Below, in pieces: positions 44,714 to 55,386 of a stretch of DNA of 64,000 nucleotides (position 1 is the first letter of the stretch; each line of letters opens with the position of its first letter). The DNA lies in contig CAXNJO010000001.1 in the NCBI GenBank assembly GCA_964202905.1, positions 448,001-512,000 on the forward strand, given 5' to 3'. A model generated the notes under the pieces. It was not told the origin of the DNA. It saw only the letters and a program-made list of their open reading frames with translations, and did no database searches. This DNA is from Polyangiales bacterium. GTDB lineage: Bacteria; Myxococcota_A; Polyangia; Polyangiales; JADJQN01. A program made the translations under genes and the position numbers.

Positions 44714-46606
44714 TCAGTGCGCCGTGGTGTCGGTCGCCGCGGGCAGGTAGGGTGTGATGTCGAGCGGGCCGCGCGCGTCGTCGGAGAGCACCAGCTCGAG
44801 TGCCTCGAGCTCGCGCGAGGCGGGCGCGAACTTGCGCGCGCGCTGCGTGCTGTCGCGCGCGGCGTCGCGGTCGCCGACGGCCGCGTAATAGAGCGCGTCG
44901 TTGTAGAAGAGCCAGAGCAGGCCATCGCGCGTGCCCGGCTCCGTCGCGCCGAGGCCGAGCCGCGCGAGGAGCGTCGTGAGCACCGCGTCGCGACCCGTGC
45001 GGCCCGCGCGCTCGTCGGCTTCGGTCGCGCCGTCCGCGAGGACCTCGTGGAAGCCGCCGCGCGGCACGAGCGTCTCGTAGAGCGCGTGCGGCACGCGCAC
45101 GTCGAGCTCGAGGAGGACCGGCCGGCTGTTCGCGAGGCTCTGCAGGGCGGGCAGGCGCAGATCGCCCTCGAGCAGGACGCTCCGCAGCAGCGGCGCGAGA
45201 TCGGGGTCGCGGTGCACGAGCGCGTCCACCATGCCCGGATAGGCGAGGAAGGGCATCGGTACGAGCGTGACGTCGGGCCGCAGCCGCTCGCTCGCCTCGG
45301 CGCCCCAGAAGCGGAACACCGTCGAGGGCGCGTACGCGAGGAGCACCGCGCCCTGTGGCAGCGCGCGTCGTCGCGCGTCGTCGACGTCGTCGGTCGCGGA
45401 GAAGCGCGCGAGCGACGTGCGCGCGTGGCCGTGCTTCGCCTGCGCGAGGCCGAGCGCGGCGAGCAGGAACGCGACGGCGATCGCGGCGCGGCTCGGTCGG
45501 AGGGTGCCTCCGCGACCGACGAGCGTGAGCACCGTCCCGACGAACGACGCCGCGAGCGCGGCCGCAGCGCCGAAGGCGGGCATCAGGTAGCCGAGCGCGT
45601 CCGGGTTCGCGCGCACGAAGCCGAGCCACGCGCGCGCGGCGACGAACACCACGAACACCGCGCCCCACACGAAGCCGAGCCGCCGCGCGCCCGGCGTCCG
45701 CGCGAGCGTGTAGAGCCCGCAGAGCGCGAGCAGCAGCGGGATCGCGTGCAGGCTGTCGACGAGCTGCACGAGCACGTCGAGCACCCGGTCGCCGAGGGGC
45801 TCGGGCGCGAGCTCGTTCGTGTGCTGGTACACGCGCGCGCTCACCACCCAGAAGAGCCGATCGAGATCGGTCGGCGCGCCGAGGTTCGGCACGGGCGCGC
45901 GGGCCGCGCGGAGCGGGAGGTACACGTAGGTCGAGAGCCCGACGAGCAGCGCTCCGCCGGCGACCAGCAGCGGCCGCTGGCCGCGCGCGCGCAGCACGCG
46001 GGCGAGCGTCGGCGCGAGCGCGGGCAGCAGCAGGAACGCGAGGAAGTGGTGGTTCGCGAGGGCGAGCCCGACGCAGAGCGCCGCGACGTAGAGCGGCCGC
46101 ACGTCGAGCGTCGGCCACGCGGCCTCGAGGTGCACGACGCGCTCGAGCGCCACGCAGACGAGCGCGGCCTGCAGCGCGTAGACCTCGGGGCGCACGGCCT
46201 GCAGCCAGAAGCCGTGCGAGCACGCCGCGAGCCACGTCGCGCCGACCGCGAGCGGCAGCGACACCGCCGCGCTCGCGACGCCCGCGCTCCGCACCGTCGT
46301 CTCGATCGCGCGGAAGAGCGCGCCGGCCGCGATCGCCGCGCACAGCGCGCCGAGGATCGCGACGCGCCACGGCAGTGGGCCGAGCGGGATCAGCGTGACG
46401 AGCTTGCCGAGCACGGCCGCGAGCGGGTGCCCGGGCGGGTGCGCGATGCCGAGATCGACGGCCTGTGCGACGAACTCCGCCGAGTCGAGCCAGCCGTCGT
46501 GCATCGAGGACGTCGCGACGTAGAGCGCGAAGGGCACGCCCGCGGCGAGCGCCAGCGCCACGAGGCGCACGCGCGGGTCGCCGTCCCTCCTCGGCACGAG
46601 CGTCAT
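44714..46606 (-). CDS. DUF2723 / TMEM260-like GT-C membrane glycosyltransferase
   Basis: DSAEFVAQAVDLGIAHPPGHPL, WLQA..PEVY, LANH and YLPLRA motifs, multiple transmembrane helices and a TPR-like C-terminus. Confidence 0.82.
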   Translation of the reverse strand: MTLVPRRDGDPRVRLVALALAAGVPFALYVATSSMHDGWLDSAEFVAQAVDLGIAHPPGHPLAAVLGKLVTLIPLGPLPWRVAILGALCAAIAAGALFRAIETTVRSAGVASAAVSLPLAVGATWLAACSHGFWLQAVRPEVYALQAALVCVALERVVHLEAAWPTLDVRPLYVAALCVGLALANHHFLAFLLLPALAPTLARVLRARGQRPLLVAGGALLVGLSTYVYLPLRAARAPVPNLGAPTDLDRLFWVVSARVYQHTNELAPEPLGDRVLDVLVQLVDSLHAIPLLLALCGLYTLARTPGARRLGFVWGAVFVVFVAARAWLGFVRANPDALGYLMPAFGAAAALAASFVGTVLTLVGRGGTLRPSRAAIAVAFLLAALGLAQAKHGHARTSLARFSATDDVDDARRRALPQGAVLLAYAPSTVFRFWGAEASERLRPDVTLVPMPFLAYPGMVDALVHRDPDLAPLLRSVLLEGDLRLPALQSLANSRPVLLELDVRVPHALYETLVPRGGFHEVLADGATEADERAGRTGRDAVLTTLLARLGLGATEPGTRDGLLWLFYNDALYYAAVGDRDAARDSTQRARKFAPASRELEALELVLSDDARGPLDITPYLPAATDTTAH

Positions 46607-46741
46607 GGCGCGATCATCCTACGGCGCGCGCGGCCGTGTGCGCCATGTTCCGCGCGGGTTCGCGCGGACGCGTACTCCCCGTTCCGCGCCGGCGCGCGGT
46701 CGTCCGTGGACGAGGCGGCGCCCGTCGTCAGTGGATGAGGG

Positions 46742-47152
46742 TCAGTGGATGAGGCGGCGCCCGTCTTGGCAGGCGCTCTCGAGCGCCTCGCGCAGCTCAT
46801 CGAGAATGAATGGCACCTGCAACTGGATGACGTCTGCGCCGACGTGCGCGGGCGGCTGGTCGCGGCTGAGGATGACGAGCGGCGGCGTGTCGTCGCCGAG
46901 CGCCTCGCGCAGGGCGGCCGAGACGGAGGAGAAGGCCTCGCCGCTGAGCAGGTCGACGAGCACCGTCGAGGGGTGCAGGCGACCGCACGAGCGGAGCGCC
47001 GCCTCGGCCGTGTCCGCGTGGACGGCGCCGAAGCCCCACGCCGCGAGCGCCTCTCCGAGGGCCTCCGCGAGCGCGCGATCCGGGCTGAGCACGAGCACCT
47101 GGTGCAGCTGGGCCTCCGGCGCGAGCAGGGACATCGGCGGTGCGTTCCGCAT
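46742..47152 (-). CDS. Atypical stand-alone response-regulator receiver domain
   Basis: VLVLSPD..LAEAL...GF.....TAEAAL......PSTVLVDL...PLVILS...VPF..DEL receiver-fold pattern. The acidic pocket and conserved Lys are degenerate. Confidence 0.6.
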   Translation of the reverse strand: MRNAPPMSLLAPEAQLHQVLVLSPDRALAEALGEALAAWGFGAVHADTAEAALRSCGRLHPSTVLVDLLSGEAFSSVSAALREALGDDTPPLVILSRDQPPAHVGADVIQLQVPFILDELREALESACQDGRRLIH

Positions 47153-47243
47153 GGCGCCTCCGAACGGCGCAGGGGCGCGCGGGCTGAAGCCCCTCCGCGC
47201 GGCGCGCGCGCACACGGCGCTCGGCGTCGCGCTGCGAGGGCGC

Positions 47244-47885
47244 TCAGCGTCGCGCGTCGAGGGCGCGCAGCGAGTCGGCGACGGCTGCGATCCGCGCGGC
47301 CCACTGCCAGGCGGAGTAGCGACCCTCCGGCACGAAGGTCAGCTCCCGCGCCGCCTGCTGCAACGGCGCGCACGCCTCGCGCGCGTTCGCTGCGACGCGC
47401 TCGGGTGCCGCGCGGCCGGGCAGCTCGTCGAAGGCCTGCGCCATGATCCGCGGGCAGCGCGCCTCGGCCCGTGCGAGCGCCGCGGCGAGGCGCGCGGCCT
47501 GCGCGGGCTCGCGGCGAAGCCCGTATTTCTCGCGGAGATTGAGGTGAAAGATCCCGAGCCGCGCGGCGGCCTCGTCGCACGGCCGATCGACGCTCTCGCG
47601 CACGGCCTCGCGCAGGAGCGGCGCGTCGTCCTCGAAGAGCGTCGGGATCAGCTCCGCGGAGAGGTGCGCCTCGCGGGCCGCGCGCACCTCGCGGCAGGCG
47701 ACGCCGAGGATCTTCCTCGCGCGCAGGTTGCGCTCGAGGTTGTAGGCGTAGAGGCACATCGGCACCACGCCGAACATCAGCGCGAGGATCGCCGTGACCT
47801 TGCGCCGGTTCGCGGCGCGGGACGGCGGATGCGCCCCGCGCCCAGCCGGGCCGCCCTCCGCGTGCTCGCTCGCGTCCTGCCTCAT
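47244..47885 (-). CDS. Hypothetical protein with one N-terminal membrane helix and several Cys
   Basis: 213-aa ORF with a transmembrane segment VTAILALMFGVVPMCLY. Confidence 0.5.
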   Translation of the reverse strand: MRQDASEHAEGGPAGRGAHPPSRAANRRKVTAILALMFGVVPMCLYAYNLERNLRARKILGVACREVRAAREAHLSAELIPTLFEDDAPLLREAVRESVDRPCDEAAARLGIFHLNLREKYGLRREPAQAARLAAALARAEARCPRIMAQAFDELPGRAAPERVAANAREACAPLQQAARELTFVPEGRYSAWQWAARIAAVADSLRALDARR

Positions 47886-48016
47886 CGGCGGGCTCTACCG
47901 CACGGCGCGCCCGTCGCAAGAAGACGGCGCCGCGCGCGCTTGCGCGCACCGGCCTGCGCCCAGCGCGGGCTCGCCGCGCTTCGTCCATGCGGCCACCTCC
48001 GCTAGACTCGCGCTCC

Positions 48017-50388
48017 ATGCCGCGCCGTCCAGGCCCCCGCGAAACACCCCTCCTCGGCGCGCTCGCGCTGTGTCTGCTCGCGGCCTGCGGCGACGACGAC
48101 GGGCCGCCTGCGCCGCCCCCCGTCGTCGACGCCGGCGCGGACGCGGGCATCGATCTCGGCCCGCCCGCGCCGAGCCGCGCGGCCGCGGCGCCGTTCCGGC
48201 AGTGGGTCGATCCGCGCATCGGTTCGGGCGGCGATGGCTTCTCCGTCGGCAGCGCGAGCCCCGGTCCGCAGCGTCCCTTCGGCATGGTGCGCCCAGGCCC
48301 GGACACCTCGCTCCGCGGCAGCGCGCCCGGCTTCTACCACTGCTCGGGCTACTACGCGGACGACGACGAGATCTTCGGTTTCAGCCACACGCGCATGCCC
48401 GGCGTGGGCATCGTCGATTACGGCGCCATCGCCGTCATGCCCGTCACGGGCATGTCCGCCGCGCGCATCCCCCGCGCGGGTCACACCGCCCGTTTCGCGA
48501 AGGAGAGCGAAGACGTTTCCGCCGGCTATTACGGCGTCACGCTCGATGGCGCGATGCCGGGCGAATCCGACATTCGCGTCGAGCTCACCGCGACCGATCG
48601 TGTCGGCGTCCATCGCTGGACGTGGGCGCCGGGCGCCGATGCCGTCGCGATGTTCGACATCGCGCACACCTTCGGCGCACCCGGGGACGTGGAGATTCTC
48701 GATGGGTCGATTCGCGTCGATCCGGATGCGGGCGAGCTGAGCGGATTCGCGCATTTCCGCGGCGGGTACTCTGGGCGCTTCGGCGGATTGCCGGTCTATT
48801 TCGTCGCGCGTTTCTCCGAGCCGTTCACCCGCTTCGGTGTGTGGCGCGGCGGCATGCTCGTCGAGGGCGAGACGGACCGCACCGGCGCGGACACGGGCGC
48901 GTACGTGGGATTCGACGTGACCGATGGCGCGCCCGTCGAGGCGGCCGTCGCGATCTCCTTCGTCGACGTCGATCATGCGCGGCTGAACCTCGAGGCCGAG
49001 CAGCCCGCGATCGACTTCGACGCGGCGCGCGCGGACGCCGAGGCGAGCTGGGAGACGCTGCTCTCGCGCGTCGAGCTCGAGGGCCGCAGTGAGCGCGATT
49101 TCCGCCGCTTCTACACGGCGCTCTATCACGCGCTCGTGATGCCCACGCTCATGTCGGACGTGGACGGCAGCTACCGCGGCATGGACCGCGCGGTGCACGT
49201 CGTCTCGGGCTGGCGCTATCACAGCGACTTTTCCCTCTGGGACACGTTCCGCACGCTCCACCCGCTGCTCACGCTGCTCTATCCCGAGCGGCAGACGGAG
49301 CTGCTCCGCTCGCTCGCGCAGATGGCGATCGACGGCGGCCACATCGATACCTGGCCCCTCGCCGATGGCTACACGGGCGGCATGGTCGGCGAGAGCGCGA
49401 CGATCGTGTTCGCGGATTCCGTCGTGAAGGGGCTCACCGACTTCGACCTGCGCGCGGCCTATGACGCCATGCGCGAGACGGCCGATGGCCCGACGCCGCC
49501 GGGCGCCCGCTACGGCGGCCGCGGCAACCTCGAGGACTACCTCGCGCTCGGCTACATCCCCGAAGAAACGGGGGGATCGAGCGTGTCGAAGACGCTCGAA
49601 TACGCCTACGACGACTGGGCCCTCGCGCGGCTCGCGGAGCACCTCGGCGAGACGGACGATGCGGCGCGCTATCAGGCGCGCTCCGGGAACTGGCGCAATC
49701 ACCTCGACCCGACGAGCGGTTATCTGATCGGGCGCCGCCGCGACGGCAGCTTCCCGCCCGTCGAGACGACGACGGAGTGGAGCGAGTGGTACGCCGAGGG
49801 CAACGTGATGCAGTACACGTATTACGTACCGCACGATCTGCCCGGACTCGCCGCGGCGATGGGCGGGCGTGACGCGTTGCTCGCCGATCTCGACGCCTTG
49901 TTCGAGCGCACGCGCACCGCGCGGCGTGGCATCGGACCCGAGCGCTACTACTGGCACGGCAACGAGCCCGATCTGCATTACGCCTGGATGTACGCGGCGC
50001 TCGGGCGCCCCGAAGGCACGCAGCGCTGGACGCGCTGGATCGTCGAGAACCGCTACGGCGATGGCCCCGATGGCCTGCCCGGCAACGACGACGCGGGCAC
50101 GCTGAGCGCGTGGCTCGTCTTCGCGATGAGTGGTTTCTATTCGCTCGCGGGCGCGCCGGACTACCTCGTCGGCAGCCCGGTCTTCACGCGCGTACGCATG
50201 AAGCTGCCGGGCGGCGACTTCGTGATCGAGGCGCCGGATGCGAGTGTTTCGGCGCGATGTACGTGCGCGGCGCGACGCTCGACGGCGTGCCGCTCGCGCG
50301 CGCGCGTGTCACGCATGCGGACCTCGCGGATGGTGCGACCCTCCGCCTCGAGATGGGCGACACACCGGCAGACTGGGGGCGAGAGTGA
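48017..50388 (+). CDS. GH92 alpha-1,2-mannosidase family lipoprotein, with one frameshift near 50250
   Basis: Lipobox LAAC, PFGMV..GPDT, GFSHT, SLWDTFRT, TLEYAYDD, EGN, HGNEPD and GNDDAGTLSAW motifs. The C-terminus YVRGATLDG...LEMG is in another frame and ends at 50388. Confidence 0.9.
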
Positions 50389-51137
50389 GCGCGCGGACCT
50401 TTGCGATCGGCGATGTGCACGGCGATGTCGATCAACTCTTCACGCTCCTCGGGCGCCTGCCCGAGCTGACCGCGGACGATCGCCTCGTCTTCCTCGGCGA
50501 TTACGTCGACCGCGGTCCGCGCTCGGCGGAGGTCGTCGAGTTCGTCCGGCGCGTGCTGCCCGATCAAACGCCCGCAGACATCGTCGCCCTGCGCGGCAAC
50601 CACGAAGATGCCTGGCTGCGCGCGGTCTCGAACGGATTTCCCGAGTTCATCATGCCCCGCGGCAATGGCGCGCTCGAGACGATGCGCAGCTATCGCAGCG
50701 AGCCGGCTCCGGGTGAAGACGAGCTGCCGCGCCCCGACGAATATCAGGCGCTCTTCGCGGGGAGCTTCTTCCTCCCCGAGCACCTCGAGTGGTTCGCGAC
50801 CTTGCCTCATTGGTACGAAGACGAGCACGCGATTTACGTGCACGCGGGGCTCCCGCAGCAGAATGGCGTGTTCCTTCATCCGCGCGACGTCGAGAAGAAG
50901 GAAATCCTGCTCTGGCTGCGTACCGAGTCGTTCTTCACCGATTACCGCGGCAAGCGCGTCGTCGTCGGACACACCACCACGGATTGTCTCCCGCAGGAAT
51001 TCTCGTCGTTCACGCCGGGAGATCCCTGCGATCTGTGGGCCGGTGAGGCCGTTTGTGCGCTCGACACCGGCTGCGGCAAGGGCGGATTTTTGACCGCGCT
51101 CGAGCTGCCGGCGCTGCGTGTCTACGAGTCGCGCTGA
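50385..51137 (+). CDS. Metallophosphoesterase (PrpA/ApaH-like Ser/Thr phosphatase)
   Basis: GDVHG, LGDYVDRG, GNHE, VHAG, GHT and DTG motifs. GTG start at 50385 is coupled to the GH92 stop. Confidence 0.92.
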   Translation: MSARTFAIGDVHGDVDQLFTLLGRLPELTADDRLVFLGDYVDRGPRSAEVVEFVRRVLPDQTPADIVALRGNHEDAWLRAVSNGFPEFIMPRGNGALETMRSYRSEPAPGEDELPRPDEYQALFAGSFFLPEHLEWFATLPHWYEDEHAIYVHAGLPQQNGVFLHPRDVEKKEILLWLRTESFFTDYRGKRVVVGHTTTDCLPQEFSSFTPGDPCDLWAGEAVCALDTGCGKGGFLTALELPALRVYESR

Positions 51138-51174
51138 GCGTTCGCGTCTTCGCGCGCGTCGTCGCGTGCGATTC

Positions 51175-51795
51175 ATGGCGGCGTTCGCTGCGACAATGGT
51201 GTGTGCCTTCGCGGGCCGCGCGCCCGCGGACATGGTCGCCGAACAGCGCGCGCGCCTGCCGCCGCCCGTCGACCCCAGCGTGTGCGGAGATTCCGTCGAG
51301 GGCGACTGGCTCTCGCACGACTTCGACACGCGCTGGAACGAGTGGACGCTCTTCACGCTGCGCGTGCGCCGCAAACCCGGCAGCGACACCGCGCTGATCG
51401 TCGACATCGGCAATCGCAGCTGGGACGGCACCCCCGCGGACAGCGAGCCCCCCGCGCGCTGCACCCCCGGCCTCAAGCACTGGAACGTGACGATGACGGG
51501 CACCGGCGCCGCCTACCCCGATGGCCGCATTCAGATCGACGCGACCTCCTACCGCATCGAGCACGTCTATTGCGCGCGCTGGGCCGCCTACAATCTCGAC
51601 CACTTCACCGGCCGTATCGACACTGAGTTGCAAGAGTTCCAGAGTGTCAACAACGACGGCGGCCGCGCCGTGAACGAGCCGAAGGTCTTCCGCCGCGTGC
51701 GCTGCCTCGCGCCGCCCGCAGCCCCGCACGTCGCCGTCGCCCCGCCACCCTTCTATCCGGCGAGCTGGCAGCGCGGGTGCAGCGTCGGTTGGTGA
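51175..51795 (+). CDS. Hypothetical secreted Cys-containing protein
   Basis: Signal-like N-terminus, YNLDHFTG.ID...EFQSVNNDGG core, five Cys and a GCS-type C-terminus. Confidence 0.6.
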   Translation: MAAFAATMVCAFAGRAPADMVAEQRARLPPPVDPSVCGDSVEGDWLSHDFDTRWNEWTLFTLRVRRKPGSDTALIVDIGNRSWDGTPADSEPPARCTPGLKHWNVTMTGTGAAYPDGRIQIDATSYRIEHVYCARWAAYNLDHFTGRIDTELQEFQSVNNDGGRAVNEPKVFRRVRCLAPPAAPHVAVAPPPFYPASWQRGCSVGW

Positions 51796-51819
51796 AGAGG
51801 CCGCTATACTCGCCGCGCC

Positions 51820-52725
51820 ATGCGTCGCACTTCGTCTCGCTCGCGCTTCGTTTCCCATCTCTCCATCGCGGCGTCGCTGCTCGGCCTCACCGCGTGCGGC
51901 GGGCCCACGGAGGCGCAGCGCATCCGCATGAACGGGGTGCACGTCGAGGCGCCCGCCGAGCGCGTCGATGCGGGGCCGCCGCCCGGCAGCGAGCCGCGCC
52001 TGCTCCCGCGCATCCACGCGCAGGGCGACGCGTACCGCCGCGTCGACGAGACGAGCGTGGAGACGGGCGGCCGCACGACGGTGACACGCGTCGAGCGCAC
52101 CGTCACCGTCGACGCCGTCGACGCCGAGGGCATCTTCTCGTTCAGCGAGACGATCACGCGCTACGAGCGCAGCGTGGACGGCCGCGTCGCGACCCCGACG
52201 CGCGAGCAGCGCGACCTCGAGTCGGCGACCATCCGCTACCGCCTCACCGAGCTCGGCGAGCCCGTCGGCGAGCTCGAGATCCTCCGCGCGGGGCGCTTCA
52301 ACGAGTCGCTCCTCCGCGAGCTCGCGCTGCTCTCGATCACGCAGGACACCCTCGATCGCAGCGCTGCGCTGCGCGTCGGCGGGCACCGCGAGGCCGACAC
52401 CGTGCTCGTGCAGGAGCTCGCGCCCGACGCGCGCCCCGAGCTGCGCGTGCACCTCGACTACACCCTCGCCGCGCAGAGCGAGCGCGAGGCGCGCCTCGAC
52501 CTCGACGGCACCGCGGAGCTCCCCGAGACGCAACTCGGTCGCAACAAGATCCGCGGCACCGGCAATCTGAGCGGCCGCTGGACGATCGACCCGCGCGACG
52601 GCTTCGCCGGCACCCGCAACGTCGAGCTGCGCCTCTACACCTCGCGCCGCGACGCCTCGAACCGCCCCGTGGGCGAGACGACCACCTTCCTCGTGCGCTG
52701 GCAGACGAACATCACGCGGCGGTGA
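51820..52725 (+). CDS. Hypothetical lipoprotein, beta-rich
   Basis: Lipobox LTAC followed by a beta-strand-rich body. Confidence 0.6.
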   Translation: MRRTSSRSRFVSHLSIAASLLGLTACGGPTEAQRIRMNGVHVEAPAERVDAGPPPGSEPRLLPRIHAQGDAYRRVDETSVETGGRTTVTRVERTVTVDAVDAEGIFSFSETITRYERSVDGRVATPTREQRDLESATIRYRLTELGEPVGELEILRAGRFNESLLRELALLSITQDTLDRSAALRVGGHREADTVLVQELAPDARPELRVHLDYTLAAQSEREARLDLDGTAELPETQLGRNKIRGTGNLSGRWTIDPRDGFAGTRNVELRLYTSRRDASNRPVGETTTFLVRWQTNITRR

Positions 52726-52769
52726 GTCCGTCGCGCCCTGCGCGGCGCGCGCGGCCCCGCCCTGCACGA

Positions 52770-52838
52770 CCCACGCTCGTCCGCGCGTGGGAATCGAGGT
52801 GTGAGTCGAAACCACGCTTCGTACGAGCGTGGGATTCG
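52770..52838. repeat. Pair of REP-like palindromic repeats between convergent genes
   Basis: CCACGCTCGTCCGCGCGTGGGAATCG and CCACGCTTCGTACGAGCGTGGGATTCG, each folding into a CCACGC/GCGTGG hairpin. Confidence 0.6.
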
Positions 52839-52844
52839 TGGGGG

Positions 52845-55272
52845 CTATTTCTTCGGCGTGAGGCTCGCGAAGGGGTTGTTGCTGAACTTCGACGCGAGCG
52901 TGGGGCGACCGGAATCGACGGGGCGACCGCCGCCCTGGGCCGGATTTCGCGGATTCGCCAGGCTGGGGATTCCGCGGACTCCCATGCTGGGGATTTCGCG
53001 GGTCTTGCGGGCGTGCGCCGTGGGCGCCGCCGACCTTGTTCGAGGCGTCGCCGCTCTTGGCGCTGAGGCCGATGCGCTGGCGGACGAGGTCAATCTCCAT
53101 CACGCGCACGCGCAGCTTGTCGCCGACCTTCACGGCCTCGCGCGGGTCCTTGATGAAGCGGTCGGAGAGCTGCGAGATGTGGACGAGGCCGTCCTGGTGG
53201 ACGCCGACGTCGACGAAGGCGCCGAAGGCGGTGACGTTGGTGACGACGCCCTCGAGGATCATGCCCTCCTTGAGGTCCGCCATCGTCTGCACATCGTCGC
53301 GGAACTTCGGTGGCTCGAAGGTCGCGCGCGGGTCGCGGCCCGGCTTTTTCAGCTCGGCGACGATGTCGCGCAGCGTGGGCTCGCCGACGCCCTCGGGGGC
53401 GAAGCGCGTGGCCCAGGTCGGGACGTCGATGGCGTCGGCGTGTGTGGCGTCGCCGACGAGCGTCTCGAGCGAGAGGCCCATCTCGGTGGCGATGCGCGCG
53501 ACGAGCGGATAGCGCTCGGGGTGCACGGCGCTCGCGTCGAGCGGGTTCTTCGCGCCGCGCAGGCGCAGGAAGCCCGCCGCGAGCACGAAGGCCTTCGGGC
53601 CGAGGCCGGGCACGGCGAGCACGTCCTCGCGCGTCGAGAAGGCGCCGTGTTGCTCGCGGTGCACGACGATCTTCTTCGCGAGCGCGGGTCCGATGCCGGA
53701 GACGTACGAGAGCAGCGGCGCGCTCGCCGTGTTCAGCTCGACGCCGACCGCGTTCACGCAGGATTCGATCACTTCACCGAGCTTGCGCAAGAGCAGCGGT
53801 TGGTGGACGTCGTGCTGGTATTGCCCGACGCCGATGGCCTTGGGCTCGACCTTCACGAGCTCGGCGAGCGGATCCTGCAGACGGCGCGCGATGGAGATCG
53901 CGCCGCGGATCGTGAGGTCGAGATCGGGGAACTCCTCGCGCGCGACGTCCGAGGCGGAATACACGCTCGCGCCGGCCTCGCTCACCGCGACGACGATCGT
54001 GCCGTCGAGCTTCGCCTCGCGGACGACCTCGCGCGTGAACGTCTCCGTCTCGCGCCCACCCGTGCCGTTGCCGACGGCGATCGCGACGGGCTTGTACTTC
54101 GCGAGAAACGCGCCGAGATCGCGCTTAGCGCGGGCGGCCTGCGCGTCGCCCTGCGACGGATAGATGACGATCGTGTCGAGGAACTTCCCCGTCGCGTCGA
54201 CGGCCGCGACCTTGCAGCCCGTGCGCAGACCCGGGTCGATGCCGACGACGGCCTTGCCGCCGAGGGGCGCGGCGAGGAGCAGGTGTTTGAGGTTGTCGGC
54301 GAAGACGTCCACGGCCTCGCGATCGGCCTTCATCTTCAGGTCCACGCGCACATCGTTCTCGACGGAGGGCGCGAGCAGACGCTTCCACGCGTCGGCGATC
54401 GCCGTGCAGAGCTCGCCGGCCCAGGGCGAGCGCGGATCGACCTTCATGGTGCGTTCGATCCGCGGCAGCATGCGCTCGGCCTCGACCGCGATCGTCGCGC
54501 GGATGACGCCCTCTTTCTCGCCGCGGCGGATCGCGAGGTAGCGGTGCGAGGGCATCTTCGCGACGGCCTCGGTGTGGTCGTAGTAGTCCTCGAACTTCGT
54601 GCGCTCGCCCTTCTTGTCGGCGACGACGGTCGAGGTGAGCACGCCCTCGTCGACGAAGGCCGTGCGGGCGAGCGCGCGCACGTCGGCGTGCTCCGCGACG
54701 GCCTCGGCGACGATGTCGCGGGCGCCCTGCAGCGCGGCCTCGAGGTCGGGCACCTCCTTCGCGGCGTCGACGAAGGCGGCAGCGGCGGCGCGCGGATCGC
54801 CGTCGGACGGCTGCGCCAGCATCGAGAGCGCGAGCGGCTCGAGCCCGCGCTCGCGGGCGATCATCGCGCGCGTGCGGCGCTTCGGCTTGTAGGGGAGGTA
54901 GAGGTCGTCGAGCGCGGCCTTCGTCGTGCAGGCGAGGATGCGCCCGCGCAGCTCGGCGGTGAGCTTGCCCTGCGAGCCGATCGACTCGAGCACCGTGCGC
55001 CGCTGCGTCTCGAGCTCGACGAGGTAGGTGCGGCGCTCTTCGATCGCGCGGATCTGCACCTCGTCGAGGTCCCCCGTGAGCTCCTTGCGGTAGCGCGCGA
55101 TGAACGGGACCGTCGCGCCCTCCGCGAGGAGCTGCACCACGGCCGCGACGCCCCGCGCGGGCAGCGCGAGCTCCACGGCGAGCGCGGGCACGGGATCGAA
55201 GGGCGGGAGCTGCGCCGAGACGCTCGGGTTGGTGGGGGCTGCGCTCGGGGAGGTGGGGTCCGCAATCGTCAT
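52845..55272 (-). CDS. tex: Tex-family transcription accessory protein with S1 domain, one frameshift near 52956
   Basis: GATVPFIARYRKE, DPGLRTGCK, EAGASVYSAS, RRLQDPLAELVK, GVGQYQHD and S1 FGAFVDVGVHQDGLVH motifs. The tail FSNNPFASL is in the shifted frame with a stop at 52845. Confidence 0.92.
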
Positions 55273-55386
55273 GGCGGCGCGGTCTCTAGCAACGCGCCGA
55301 TCGGGGACAAGGCTTGACGCGGTCGATTCGCGCGTTCTCCGATCGAGCCCCGCGCAAGTGCCGACAAAATCGGCCCGTCATCGCGA

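Noticed and set aside
50389..50716. C-terminal extension of the 909-aa GH92 ORF
   Set aside because: It is out-of-frame read-through over the phosphatase gene. The true GH92 end is in another frame and stops at 50388.
51010..52844. Apparent 1420-aa Tex fusion protein
   Set aside because: It is read-through caused by the frameshift near 52956. The extension is antisense to two plus-strand genes, and the natural NNPF tail ends at 52845.
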